Part shown: positions 9,942-20,165 of the stretch, in pieces | Position numbering within the stretch: the stretch's first letter is position 1 | How the letters are laid out: every line of letters starts with the position of its first letter | Source: an uncultured Methanoregulaceae archaeon | GTDB lineage: Archaea; Halobacteriota; Methanomicrobia; Methanomicrobiales; Methanospirillaceae | Direction: 5' to 3' | Assembly: GCA_963701095.1 (NCBI GenBank) | Contig: OY969564.1 | Location: forward strand, 1 to 64,000 | Length of the DNA stretch: 64,000 nt | Notes under the pieces: generated by a model | What the model saw: only the letters and a program-made list of their open reading frames with translations | What the model was told of the DNA's origin: nothing | Databases searched by the model: none | Translations under genes and position numbers: made by a program

Positions 9942-10886
9942 TCAGCGGATCATCCGTTCAATGGCCATCACTAAAATATCACGTGCACCCGCCCGCTTCA
10001 GGGCATTGATCAACGTATAGACCCGTTCCTCGTTTACGACTGCATGGACTGCGACCATATCTTCAGTCGAAGCGACATCCATAACCGTTGGGCCGGAGAG
10101 CCCGGGAAGCACGCTTTTTACTTTTTCGAGCGAAGCCCGTTGTACGTTCATCATCAGGTAGCACTGCCCACGTGCCCGTATGACACTTTCAAGGGCAAGG
10201 TGAATCTCGTCGATTTTTTCCCTTTTTGTTGCAAGTGATGAACGGTTAGCGATAAGAAGCGTTGAGGTCGTCAGCACTTCGTCGATTACCCGCAGCCTGT
10301 TTGTTTTCAGGGTATTTCCCGAACTCGATAGGTCCACAATGGCGTCTGCTATACCAAGATGGGGTGCAGCCTCGCACGCACCACCGACAAGTACAATCGA
10401 TACCGGTACATGATGTTTTGCAAAGTACTGGTTTGATATAACCGGAAATTCAGTGGCGATCTTCGCCCCTTTGAGATCGCTGACAGATGAGATGTCCGCG
10501 TCTTCATGAACCGCAAGCACGAGCTTTGCTTTTCCCATCTGGAGATCAAGCAGTTCTTCGACATCAGCTTCGCGCTCGATAACCATGTCATGGCCCGTAA
10601 TCCCGAGATCAGCTGCCCCGGTTGCCACGTATTCCGGAATATCAATAGGCCGGGCAAAAAGAATCTCTACATGGGGATCCAGTGTCCGGGCGATCAGCCG
10701 TCGTTCGACGCCTTCGGTAAGGTGGAGTCCGCTTTTCTCCATCAGGTCCATGATAGGTGCTGCAATTCTCCCTTTATTGGGGATTGCAATCCGTATCATG
10801 TCGGAAAAAGGAGAAAGCCCGGCATCTTCCGGACCGGATCTTTTTTTCCCGCTGTGCTTCTTCTCAGAATGTTTTGAGTTCGCCAC
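9942..10886 (-). CDS. hisG: ATP phosphoribosyltransferase, long form (start uncertain; may be MIRIA at 10799)
   Basis: IAIPNKGRI, DIPEYV..ADLGITG, DLSSSGNTLKTNRL, C-terminal regulatory domain PGLSGPTV. Confidence 0.95.
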   Translation of the reverse strand: MANSKHSEKKHSGKKRSGPEDAGLSPFSDMIRIAIPNKGRIAAPIMDLMEKSGLHLTEGVERRLIARTLDPHVEILFARPIDIPEYVATGAADLGITGHDMVIEREADVEELLDLQMGKAKLVLAVHEDADISSVSDLKGAKIATEFPVISNQYFAKHHVPVSIVLVGGACEAAPHLGIADAIVDLSSSGNTLKTNRLRVIDEVLTTSTLLIANRSSLATKREKIDEIHLALESVIRARGQCYLMMNVQRASLEKVKSVLPGLSGPTVMDVASTEDMVAVHAVVNEERVYTLINALKRAGARDILVMAIERMIR

Positions 10887-12066
10887 GTATTACCTTCTCC
10901 GTGATGCTGGTAACGTTTGCGAGTTTATCATCAACGATCGCAAGGATTTCACCGTTAATTTCAGGCAGGGTGACGCCTTTCATGGGTAGTACCTGGACAC
11001 TTGCGACAAGAGGCTGGTCGATGGGTTTTCCAATCTGGGAAAGAAGCCGGACGTACATTTCTTCAATCCCGTCGACCTTTTCAATGGTCTCCTGGGCGAT
11101 GTGGGTAGAAAGGAGATTATATATCTTACCGATATGGTTAATCGGGTTTTTACCGCTCGTCGCCTCCATGCTCATGGGGCGATTAGGTGTTATAAGTCCG
11201 TTGCACCTGTTGCCGCGGCCGACTGATCCATCGTCTCCCATCTCTGCAGATGTTCCTGTGACCGTAAGGAAAACACTCTTGTTCTTGATATCGTCTGCAG
11301 TATTGACATGTACCACGACTTTTCGTTTCGTGCTCTTTTTTGCAACCTTTCCAATTTCTTCGGTCAGGAGTGCCAGGTAGTCCTGGTATTCCTTTATATC
11401 TGCACAATATTTGTCGACAATAGCACATGCGATAGTAAGCGTGATCGTGTTCCCGTCCCGCAGACCCATGATTTTGATATCCTGGCCGATAGCCGGATAC
11501 TTTTTGCGGAGTTTGGTATCGATATAGTCCGATGTGTTCCGGATAATGGTCTCTACATCGGAGAATGGAGCGTGACCGACCCCAAACGAAGTATCGTTCG
11601 AACGCGGCACTTTGCCTTGCCGGGGTTTGAAAACATCCCTTAGATCGGTTGAACCAATCCCGAGACGACTGTCGATGGTGACATCCCTGGTGAGGTTAAG
11701 TTCGGGGAGGATCTTGTGAAGGTAGCTGTGTGCCGCCTCGACAGCCACTGCATCAGTAGCAATCGTAACACCATTGAACTGTTTTGTTGCACGGCCATCG
11801 ATTAACACATAAATCGGGCGGATCATTTTTCCGCCGCCAAATGCCGGGCAGGATTCACCTGCAACAACTTCACCCTGATCGGTGTTGTGGTGCAGGACCG
11901 CCCCGAATTCTTCAAGATATACCTTGCAGAGTGCCTGGGAGATAGATTCTGCGATTCCATCGGCAATGCTGTCAGGATGACCGAGGCATTTGCGCTCAAC
12001 GAGTTCAATCCGCTGTTTTTCAAGCGGAATCTGGTTCAAGGCTTCAATCTGGATATTTCTTTTCAT
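10864..12066 (-). CDS. mat: S-adenosylmethionine synthetase, archaeal type
   Basis: VERKCLGHPD, LHHNTD, SNDTSFGVG, GDDGSVGRGNR, GKNPINHIGKIYN. Confidence 0.95.
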   Translation of the reverse strand: MKRNIQIEALNQIPLEKQRIELVERKCLGHPDSIADGIAESISQALCKVYLEEFGAVLHHNTDQGEVVAGESCPAFGGGKMIRPIYVLIDGRATKQFNGVTIATDAVAVEAAHSYLHKILPELNLTRDVTIDSRLGIGSTDLRDVFKPRQGKVPRSNDTSFGVGHAPFSDVETIIRNTSDYIDTKLRKKYPAIGQDIKIMGLRDGNTITLTIACAIVDKYCADIKEYQDYLALLTEEIGKVAKKSTKRKVVVHVNTADDIKNKSVFLTVTGTSAEMGDDGSVGRGNRCNGLITPNRPMSMEATSGKNPINHIGKIYNLLSTHIAQETIEKVDGIEEMYVRLLSQIGKPIDQPLVASVQVLPMKGVTLPEINGEILAIVDDKLANVTSITEKVIRGELKTF

Positions 12067-12206
12067 TAAATTTCCTCGGTTTCTTCGTAATCGTACTAGT
12101 ACAAGGAATTGGATTTCATATAACCGTTTCTTTTTCGTTAAAAACGGAAGGTATCAGGTTATTCCGTGCCGGATTAAAAATCTGACAAGAAAATGATGGT
12201 ACTTCT

Positions 12207-13583
12207 CTAGCGCCTGAGGAATTTCTGCAGGATAGTCATGTCACTACCTTTGGGAGTCTTTTTCACAGGTGGATGAACGCGTGGTTCGTCCTCTTCATCG
12301 TCCACTTCACGCACCTCTTCGATCTTAGGGATCCTGCGTGGCTGGGCTGGCGGAACAGTCACCGGGGCTGCAGGCCGGGGAAGGGTTTTTGTCATTCGCG
12401 CCGTCGGATCAGTCCGTGCACGACCGAGCCGGGTTCCGCATCCCGGGCAGAAATTAGCTTCTCCTGGTAGTTTTTTTCCACAGTTATGACAGAACTGCGG
12501 ACTGTCAGCCGGCTCTTCCGGTATAACCGCTCTTCGAACAACCGGTTTCTCCTCAGGAATCACAGCACGAGCCGGTTCCGGCAGAGGACGGCGGACAGGT
12601 TCGGCAATGACGCTTTTTACCGGCTGTACCGGGGGATACCGTACCGGCTGGACCGGGTTATTCATCGCCGTCCGTACCGCTGTTTGCACTTCAGGTTTCC
12701 TGACCGGCTGCGGTTCACTTCTTACAGGAGTAGGTACTACCCGGGTAACCGGCGCCCTGCGCGGTTCTTCCACTGACCTAACCTGCACTCGTCTCTGTGG
12801 CTGAACTACCGGTTCTTGTTCTGGTTCAGCCTCAGGGGCGAGAGGGATGAGCCGTTTTACCGGAGGCTGGCGTTCATATTCCTTAAGTGGTTTACGGGTT
12901 GGGCGCATTTCTTCCTGGCGTATGGGAGGTTTCACCAGATGAGCGAGCTGCGCTGCTTCTTCCTCTTCTTCCTGGATTTCTTCTTCACGCCGCTCAGGTG
13001 CTTTCTGTTGTTGTCCTGAAGGTCTCTGTCTCTTTTGTTCGGGCACCTGTCCGAGCAGCGATATCCAGTCATCTATCTCGCCGGTGCGATCCATACCGTT
13101 CTGGGTGAAGACGAGTTTCATCGTCTTAATCTCGTCATCAGGAGATTTTACGGAAAGAACAAGCACCGGGTCTGCGTTCTCAGAGTATTCCACGATACTA
13201 TCGGCAATAGTGTCACGCGGGATATCTTTTGCAGTGACCTTCAGTTTCTTTTCCTGGGTGTCAATTAGGAAGATACGCTTGTTGGTGAGGTATGCATGGA
13301 AAAAAAACTTCTTTACTGAAACATTAAGCGATCCGATTAGGACCTGTTCACCAGGCTGGAGAATAGCAGAGAGGCCCCCGGCTTCTTCTTCGCCGTCATC
13401 GGCTTCCGGTTCATCGGCCGGGGGCTTTTTCTCGACTGGCCGTTGCGGGATATTCCGTTGGGAGACCTGGGCTCCTTTCATACCGGTAGCTCCTGCTGCC
13501 TTTTGTGAAATTTCACCACCGCAATAGCCACATTCTTCAACGTTATCCCGGATATTCATCCCGCAGTGCGGACATTTTTTCAT
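12207..13583 (-). CDS. Zinc ribbon - PH-like domain - Pro/Glu-rich linker - zinc ribbon protein
   Basis: CPHCG..CGYCG; LQPGEQVL...YLTNKRIFLID (bacterial PH-like); long low-complexity linker; FCHNCG..FCPGCG. Confidence 0.75.
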   Translation of the reverse strand: MKKCPHCGMNIRDNVEECGYCGGEISQKAAGATGMKGAQVSQRNIPQRPVEKKPPADEPEADDGEEEAGGLSAILQPGEQVLIGSLNVSVKKFFFHAYLTNKRIFLIDTQEKKLKVTAKDIPRDTIADSIVEYSENADPVLVLSVKSPDDEIKTMKLVFTQNGMDRTGEIDDWISLLGQVPEQKRQRPSGQQQKAPERREEEIQEEEEEAAQLAHLVKPPIRQEEMRPTRKPLKEYERQPPVKRLIPLAPEAEPEQEPVVQPQRRVQVRSVEEPRRAPVTRVVPTPVRSEPQPVRKPEVQTAVRTAMNNPVQPVRYPPVQPVKSVIAEPVRRPLPEPARAVIPEEKPVVRRAVIPEEPADSPQFCHNCGKKLPGEANFCPGCGTRLGRARTDPTARMTKTLPRPAAPVTVPPAQPRRIPKIEEVREVDDEEDEPRVHPPVKKTPKGSDMTILQKFLRR

Positions 13584-13677
13584 CCGATTTCTCCCCGTTA
13601 TCTGACCTGAGTAGATAACTATAATGTTCACATAGGATATGAAAAATTCTCTGATCCAATACCAGCGCCCGACAAAA

Positions 13678-15102
13678 TCATGACGTATCTTCGGATACCT
13701 TAAGGTACCGTTTATTCAGATCAGCTACGGCAGCATCGATGGCTTGGTCATCCTCCATTTCATGGAACCAGATAGATGGTGTATCCCGGAAGCTGGTTAC
13801 AAGGTTGTTAATCCTGCACCTGGTTTCATCCCCGTCCCGATAGCACACGTCAGCAGTAATATTTCCAAAAGTATTGTCGACGAGGTCTGCAAATGTAGTA
13901 TGACACGCGGCGAGATGGCAGAGTCTGGCCTGCGCAAAAATGATAAGGATCCCTTTTTGGTTAGCCTGTGTTTCGTCATCCAACGCAAATGATCCAAAAT
14001 CCACATCCCCGTACCGGTGGAGGAGCATTTTTAACCGGGGATCCTTTTTCCTCCTGAGTTCTTCAGCTACCGGCCCAAGCCGGAGTGGGAGATATCGGGA
14101 ATATTCCTGTACAAAGATCGGTTTTACCTCTGAAAATGCCGGGTTTTCTAGTGCCTGTTGGAGGGTGCGTTCTGCATGGGTGAAAACATCATGCCGGGTC
14201 CCGCGTAAAAACCGGAGTTTCGCGGACCGGAAGTAGAGGGTTTTTGACGAACCGGTCACGACAAGAGACCCATCCTTAAGTTTGGGAAAATGCACCGGGA
14301 CACCTTCGACCTGCACTACAGGTTTTGCCGGTCGGTGCAGGGGCTCTGGGAGAGGGATTATTTCAGGTTTTTTTGCAGTCATGCGGTATTGAGACGTCGC
14401 AATCTTTTGTGAGGCCTGCTTGACCTGGGTTCCCTCGCGCACAATTGCCGCCCATTCATCGGGAGTCTTGCAGGAATTGAGATACTGTCGCCAACGCGGG
14501 TCTGCAATCCGTGCAATGGAAACCAGCCTGAATCCTGCTTTTTCCGGGATAAACTTCGCACCGCAATGGGAACAATCAAAATAGTAATCAGTCGGGGGGA
14601 TTCCAAACAGTCGTTTTCCGATCACCTGGCTCAGAATACCCGTCTTGCAGACGGGACACCGGGCAAGCCAGGCATCAGTTTCTTCTCCGGAGTACAGCCC
14701 CTTTGTTGGCAGGAAATCTCCGGATCCGATATGCCATGTCCAGGCTTGGAGAAGACGGATGCCCCGACTTTTTGTATGGGTTGATGTATCGAGTACTTCT
14801 GTTGGCTCCGCAAGTCCGGCTTTTACCAGGACATCAGCGATAACCGGTGCAGCCGCGCTTTGATCGCCCCCGAGTCGCTCACTAAGACAACCGGCAAGTC
14901 CCGTACCAGTTTCGGGTCGCCGTGTCAGAACCAGGGTGCGTGTGGCATCGGCGTTGAGACATTCCAGGGTAAGGTCAATAAATGTTTCTGTTATTTCAAT
15001 GCCGTCTCGGGTAAAAGGGATTTTTTCCACGCGGCGGTTGATAGTTTCGCATGCAAGAGTGTGGATCGTTTCAGGAATCGGGAGGTATTGTGGGGCTGCC
15101 AT
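13678..15102 (-). CDS. Multidomain hypothetical protein: N-terminal domain, Zn ribbon, degenerate GIY-YIG-like C-terminus
   Basis: CPVC..CSHC; C-terminus KGILIIF..HLAAC..FGNITADVCYRDGDETRCRINNL. Start could be at 15150. Confidence 0.65.
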   Translation of the reverse strand: MAAPQYLPIPETIHTLACETINRRVEKIPFTRDGIEITETFIDLTLECLNADATRTLVLTRRPETGTGLAGCLSERLGGDQSAAAPVIADVLVKAGLAEPTEVLDTSTHTKSRGIRLLQAWTWHIGSGDFLPTKGLYSGEETDAWLARCPVCKTGILSQVIGKRLFGIPPTDYYFDCSHCGAKFIPEKAGFRLVSIARIADPRWRQYLNSCKTPDEWAAIVREGTQVKQASQKIATSQYRMTAKKPEIIPLPEPLHRPAKPVVQVEGVPVHFPKLKDGSLVVTGSSKTLYFRSAKLRFLRGTRHDVFTHAERTLQQALENPAFSEVKPIFVQEYSRYLPLRLGPVAEELRRKKDPRLKMLLHRYGDVDFGSFALDDETQANQKGILIIFAQARLCHLAACHTTFADLVDNTFGNITADVCYRDGDETRCRINNLVTSFRDTPSIWFHEMEDDQAIDAAVADLNKRYLKVSEDTS

Positions 15103-15214
15103 GGGTATTTCCGTTGCTGCTATTCTTTGGCGGGAAAGGTGGATAAACACTTCCCGGTCTTAATACGGATTTTTTCACCAATCCTCAAATATAAAGAAAG
15201 AACATTCGGGAACT

Positions 15215-15739
15215 ATGAAAGTTGTTATCGCTATTGCACCGGAAAAATATCGTGATGAGGAACTGGCCGAGCCCGTCGCTGCGTTGACAAATGCCGGTAT
15301 CACTTTTGATATCGCTTCAACCCGTACGGGGAATTGTACAGGTATGCTCGGCGGGAAAACAATCGCCGGTTTATCGTTTGATGACATCGACCCGAAAAAT
15401 TATAACGGTCTTATCATTATCGGTGGTTCCGGGTGCCAGACGCATCTCTGGGAAGATGATCTACTTGTAAGACTTGCTATCTTTTTCCATGAGACCGGTA
15501 AAGTTGTTGGAGCGATCTGTCTTGCGCCGGTTATTTTAGCAAAGGCCGGGATACTCAAACAAAAAAAATCGACAGTATATGAAAGCCCGGTTTCTGTAAT
15601 GGAAATGAAAAAAGGAAAAGCACTCTTAGTAAAAGATCCTGTGGTAATTGATAACGGGATTGTAACTGCAAATGGCCCGCAAGCTGCGAAGGATTTTGCA
15701 GCGGCAGTTGTGAAAGAACTCAATGACAGGAATTGGTGA
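15215..15739 (+). CDS. DJ-1/PfpI family protein
   Basis: YRDEE, IIGGSG, GAICLAP (nucleophilic Cys), VTANGP. Confidence 0.92.
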   Translation: MKVVIAIAPEKYRDEELAEPVAALTNAGITFDIASTRTGNCTGMLGGKTIAGLSFDDIDPKNYNGLIIIGGSGCQTHLWEDDLLVRLAIFFHETGKVVGAICLAPVILAKAGILKQKKSTVYESPVSVMEMKKGKALLVKDPVVIDNGIVTANGPQAAKDFAAAVVKELNDRNW

Positions 15740-16268
15740 CGACAAAGAATGGGATTTTTGCTTTGGAATCTTGTGTTTTTAAAAAGGTAAATGGAATCAA
15801 TCTTTTCGTTAAAAAATAGATGCCTGAATTTTCAAATGAAACATTAATTAATCTTATTTTTCTTATCGAGATAAATAGTCTCATAATAGTTTCATTTTTT
15901 GAAACCAGGTTACAAATAATGATTTTATAGAAATAAGTAATTTTTAAGATTTTAAAGAAAGTTCTGCTAAGTTTTTGAAGGCATAACATACAGTTCCTGT
16001 CCGAGGGCATTTTATTATTTGCTTTTTATGATGTTTTTCGATAATATTTATCAGATAATTTATTTCGAAAAACAAGTGATCGATGTGTGATCAGGAAAGA
16101 ACTACGTATATGTCTAAGTATTGTTTGGCTGTTGACTTTGATAATTTTTTTAATACTTTGTGTACCTTCAAATGCTTAAGCCCCGAGCACTGCACATCCA
16201 GTTCCTCATCTTCATTTTTATGAGGCGCAGAAAAAGGATGTATTGCTATCTCGATAAGGGAAACGGTA

Positions 16269-16919
16269 ATGGAATTTTTTCGTCGAGATAGAGAAGTATA
16301 TAGTCTGAAAAATGAGTATGGGTCTATGGATAAGATGGTAAAATTAAGAGATATGGTAGGGGAATACTCGCGTGAAACAGGAATATGTAATACTTATAAT
16401 TGGTATCGGGGATATGCGCAGAAATACGGGTATATACTCATAGGAGATACAAAAATTTCTGCGCATAAAACAGGAGGAACGTGGTTTATCAATCTTTCTG
16501 ACTTTGATCAGGCTGTAACAGGGGTTATCCAAAAAAAAGCCAAGGACGAAAAATATACCCGCCATATGATGGATGATTACAAAAAAAGGATTTTTCATCG
16601 TGGGGGTGTATGGATTTCCGATTCACGCTATTATGATAATAGAGGCGATTTCCGGTTAGAAGGTGATACCTCTCGTCTGGCTCTTAAAGACAGCGAGGGA
16701 ATCTGGTATTGTAATACTTGTAACCGGGTTGCTGAAACAGAACATAATAATCCGGCATGTCATATTTGTAGCGATTGGGTAAGCTGCGGATTAGATTATA
16801 CCCTGTCCAGAGTCTATTGCCCGTGTTGTGGAAAATCCATCGAAATCCAATCCTTTTTCCCCCATGCCTCTCATCTTCTCCCGATTTTACCGAATTCGTA
16901 CTTAGTTACAATCCCATAA
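16269..16919 (+). CDS. Hypothetical protein, excisionase/HTH-like N-terminus and Cys-rich C-terminus
   Basis: ISAHKTGGTWFINLSDFD; CNTC, CHIC, CPCC; AT-rich. Start may be ~16334. Confidence 0.6.
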   Translation: MEFFRRDREVYSLKNEYGSMDKMVKLRDMVGEYSRETGICNTYNWYRGYAQKYGYILIGDTKISAHKTGGTWFINLSDFDQAVTGVIQKKAKDEKYTRHMMDDYKKRIFHRGGVWISDSRYYDNRGDFRLEGDTSRLALKDSEGIWYCNTCNRVAETEHNNPACHICSDWVSCGLDYTLSRVYCPCCGKSIEIQSFFPHASHLLPILPNSYLVTIP

Positions 16920-17210
16920 AATCCCACTATATTCAATTCCCGATGTGCCGTTAGCCACCAAACCAACCGTCGTTAACATCCTCATGCCGGATGGTACAAT
17001 AAAGCCGTGGAACCGGGCGACCGAGCCCAAGCAGGACGCTGTCGGCAACCAGAGCCATAACGGATTCCTGTTTAAACTGTTATGTTCACCTTATGGGCCG
17101 GTTTTTCCAGAACAACAACAAAGTCCGGACCCTCTAGGTGGAAAATAAGCAACCAGAAATCTTTATAAAAAGGATCGGGAAAATCTTTCGCCCATTCTTA
17201 TTTTCTGTAT

Positions 17211-17849
17211 TCAAATCTTTACATAATGTTTCATCGGGCCGCATGCTCCGCATTTACCGTCAACGACCATGTAATCAGGCACGGTTTCCCTGCATATCGG
17301 ACACGTTACTGGTTTCCACTGCTCCTTTAAGGTGACTGGCACCCTCACCTGTTCACAGGACAGGATCTTTCTTTTGGCACTAAAGATCTGTTCCTGGAGA
17401 GCGATTCCCATAGTGTGCTTGTTGAATTCAGGACTGTTCGAGAACCAGACGTCAATCAGCGGGAATTGCTTAATCTTTTCCTGATCGACGAAGACCCTGA
17501 CCGCATCAGCTGTAGGTTTGTCTGTGGCTCTGTTCATGATGAGTGCAAACCTGCCGATGGGGAGCACCTTAAGCCGGCCGTTGCCTGTTGTACTGTGTGC
17601 TATTACTTGAGGCGCATCGGGAAGACATTTGGGGGTCTCAGATATCGCAAAGAGCTTCTCGTCCGGTGACGCATCCAGTAGTTCAAGGGCGTAGTCCACC
17701 ATAAATGCGCCAATAAGAAGGCCTGGTGCCGGTGACGAGTGAAATTGTGCACACCGGGAGAGATATGTGCGTACCGGTTCGGGAACCCTGCAGGCAGTAA
17801 GCCTGGCATCAAAATCTTCGATATTATGGTGAGCGTGTCCTTTTTCCAT
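17211..17849 (-). CDS. FmdE-family protein with C-terminal zinc finger
   Basis: FHSSPAPGLLIG, ETPKCLPDA, TTGNGRL, CPICRE..CGAC. Confidence 0.88.
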   Translation of the reverse strand: MEKGHAHHNIEDFDARLTACRVPEPVRTYLSRCAQFHSSPAPGLLIGAFMVDYALELLDASPDEKLFAISETPKCLPDAPQVIAHSTTGNGRLKVLPIGRFALIMNRATDKPTADAVRVFVDQEKIKQFPLIDVWFSNSPEFNKHTMGIALQEQIFSAKRKILSCEQVRVPVTLKEQWKPVTCPICRETVPDYMVVDGKCGACGPMKHYVKI

Positions 17850-18118
17850 ACCTAATACTTCGTGCCATATCTTCTTAAATTGTATATTCTCTGCATTTTA
17901 CCCTTTTATCCTGACAGCCCCGCATCATCCCGTCATCGCTTTCTTTGGTGGTGTAAGCCCACAGGCTCCAGCTTATGGGGTTAGTGCCATCCTTAAGCCG
18001 TTGACGGTCTTCGGGTCCGTAATCTTCGCTTTCATGTCGTAGATCATCTCCGGTTCCGAGCCTTCTCTTATAGGAGAGGCGGGCATATCGGTGTAGCTTC
18101 AAAAACGTTAGAAAAGAA

Positions 18119-18789
18119 TTATTGGATAATACTGATAGCTCGGGAAGCCAGAACGATGAGCACGACAAGAGAGATCGTCACCTGGCAGATTATCATGACT
18201 TTCGCACGTTTCGAGATGACAACGGTATCCGACGGACCGATGCTGCTGGATATAAGAGATGACAGATAGAAATAGTCGATAAATCCCGGTTTCCAATTCT
18301 CATATCCTTGAATTTCATTCGCGTTATGTGGAAAGATGAGTACAGGAACGTATGCCATGCCGCTGTCCCTGGCATGCTGACTTGCATAATCGAGGATCCA
18401 GTACCAGACGGTAAAAACGAGTACGTTCAAGGCATACACGATAACCGCAGAAATCAACAGAAACGTCGGATTAACCTGGCGGTTGACGAGGCTGATCAGG
18501 AGACCGCCAATATTTAGGATGAGTCCGAACGTCACTAACAGGGTGGCAACCAGGATGGAAAAGTAGACTGCACTTGCGAGGCGAAAAGGAAGATAAGGAC
18601 ACAGGTAATTAAGGTAAAGAGAATGATGACAAAGATAAGATCTTCAAAATAAACAACGCGACTGATAGCCTTCAGATTAGCAAGAATAATGAAATGAAGG
18701 GTGCTCGCGGTAACGTAATCAAGCAACCCGCAGACGATAAAAATGAGGATGTATGTCAACCCATGGTTGCGGAAGGCGGTCATATTCAT
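18119..18789 (-). CDS. DUF1345-like membrane protein (split into two frames near 18535-18600)
   Basis: NVLVFTVWYWILD, LIFP, WKPGFIDYFYLS, GPSDT, SRAISI; upstream hydrophobic ORF 18535..18789. Confidence 0.65.
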
Positions 18790-19079
18790 AGCTCAATAAA
18801 GATTTAAGGGCAGATAGTTGTAATGGTTCTGGTGCATTGGGGGTTGATTTACACATTCTTCAGACGTGTAAAATCTGCCACCAAAGTACATTTGACAACG
18901 TCTTCCCGACCTGATCGTCAATCTCTCTTATTTCCTTTTTACCCGTCTTTTGAACTCCGGAAAAAGCCAAAATATGACGAGATAGCCAGCTTTTTTTTAA
19001 TCATCCCGCCAAATTAATGGTAAGAAATGCTTTATATTAGCTCAATATTAGGATCATACAAAGTAGGAATTTAGTAATA

Positions 19080-20158
19080 ATGAACGCTCTCCATTTTACC
19101 GGGAATTGCCGCCTATTAATATGTCTCCTCCTCCTTATCGCGCTATGTATATCCGGTGTGGCAGCGATGACGCTCACTCCTGGAGACCCGGCGAATGTCC
19201 CCACCATAGCTCAGGGAGACCCTGTCTCGATCCATGGCATTGCAGCCGGCCAACCCCAAGTTGGGCTCCAGATCTGGTTTATCGGCTATAATTTCGTTAA
19301 AGTGACCACAGTTAATGTCAACAGTGACGATTCCTACGAATACGATCTCCAGGGAACCGATACGGCAAAACTTGCGTCAGGAGAGTATTTTGTCCTTGTC
19401 CAGGATCCCATGGAGAACGGGCATTTCGACGTCGTGTACGATCCCTCGTCGGGGGCTGTCATGAATGTCCAGACCGGCAAGCAAATCTACCAGTTAACCG
19501 GAAGCGGCAGCCTCCAAAAACCTGTGTCTGTTAATGCCCTGATGAATGCAATAGGCAGCCAGAATATTGACGATACGTTTGCAACCGTTGCGTTTTTTGT
19601 CAGCCCGCCGGTAGTGAACATCAACCAGATTGGCGACCTCCAGGAGGGTGAAAACGTTACTATTAATGGCACGACAAACCTTGCCGTCGGCGATAATCTG
19701 CTGGTCAATATCGTTTCTTCTTCGTACACTCCGACAAACAAGAATCAGGCATCGGCGTATGCCGGCGCGGGGGCATGGTAACAGTCATGCCCGGAAATGG
19801 AGGACTCAACACGTGGTCCTTTACCCCGGATACCTCTTCTTTAACACCGGACGAGTACCTGGTGACCGTCTCAGGCGTCGTACAGCAGGTTACAGCAACG
19901 GCCTCGTTCAGTGTCGGATGCAACAGTTCAGGAGAAACCTGTGCCATTCCCGGGCCCGTATCGGTTGCAACGACACCGATGACAATAGTACCCACCAACA
20001 GTGTAACACCATTACCCACGACCAGTATTACTTTGGTACACGTTACCGTGACGACCGTTTCAACAGGTATCCCTACGACAACGCAACCTGCCCCTGTACC
20101 GATCTTTGTATGCCTGGTTAGTATCGCCGCAGTCTTCCTGTACCGGAAACGGCCCTGA
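19080..20158 (+). CDS. Secreted/surface glycoprotein with Thr-rich linker and C-terminal membrane anchor (frameshift ~19770)
   Basis: Signal peptide, GEYFVLVQDPM, INGTTNLAVGD, NTWSF, then TTTQPAPVP-hydrophobic-RKRP tail. Confidence 0.8.
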
Positions 20159-20165
20159 TTCTTTT

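Noticed and set aside
10800..10886. KHSEKKHSGKKR extension of hisG as a His-sensing leader
   Set aside because: In frame with hisG, overlaps the mat 3' end and has only two His codons; not a separate leader ORF.
16945..17148. Short ORF MPLATKPTVV...
   Set aside because: No recognisable motif; cannot be supported as a gene.
17875..18110. Possible gene or IS remnant between the DUF1345-like gene and fmdE
   Set aside because: Looks coding-like in places, but no family motif, terminal repeats or target duplication recognised.
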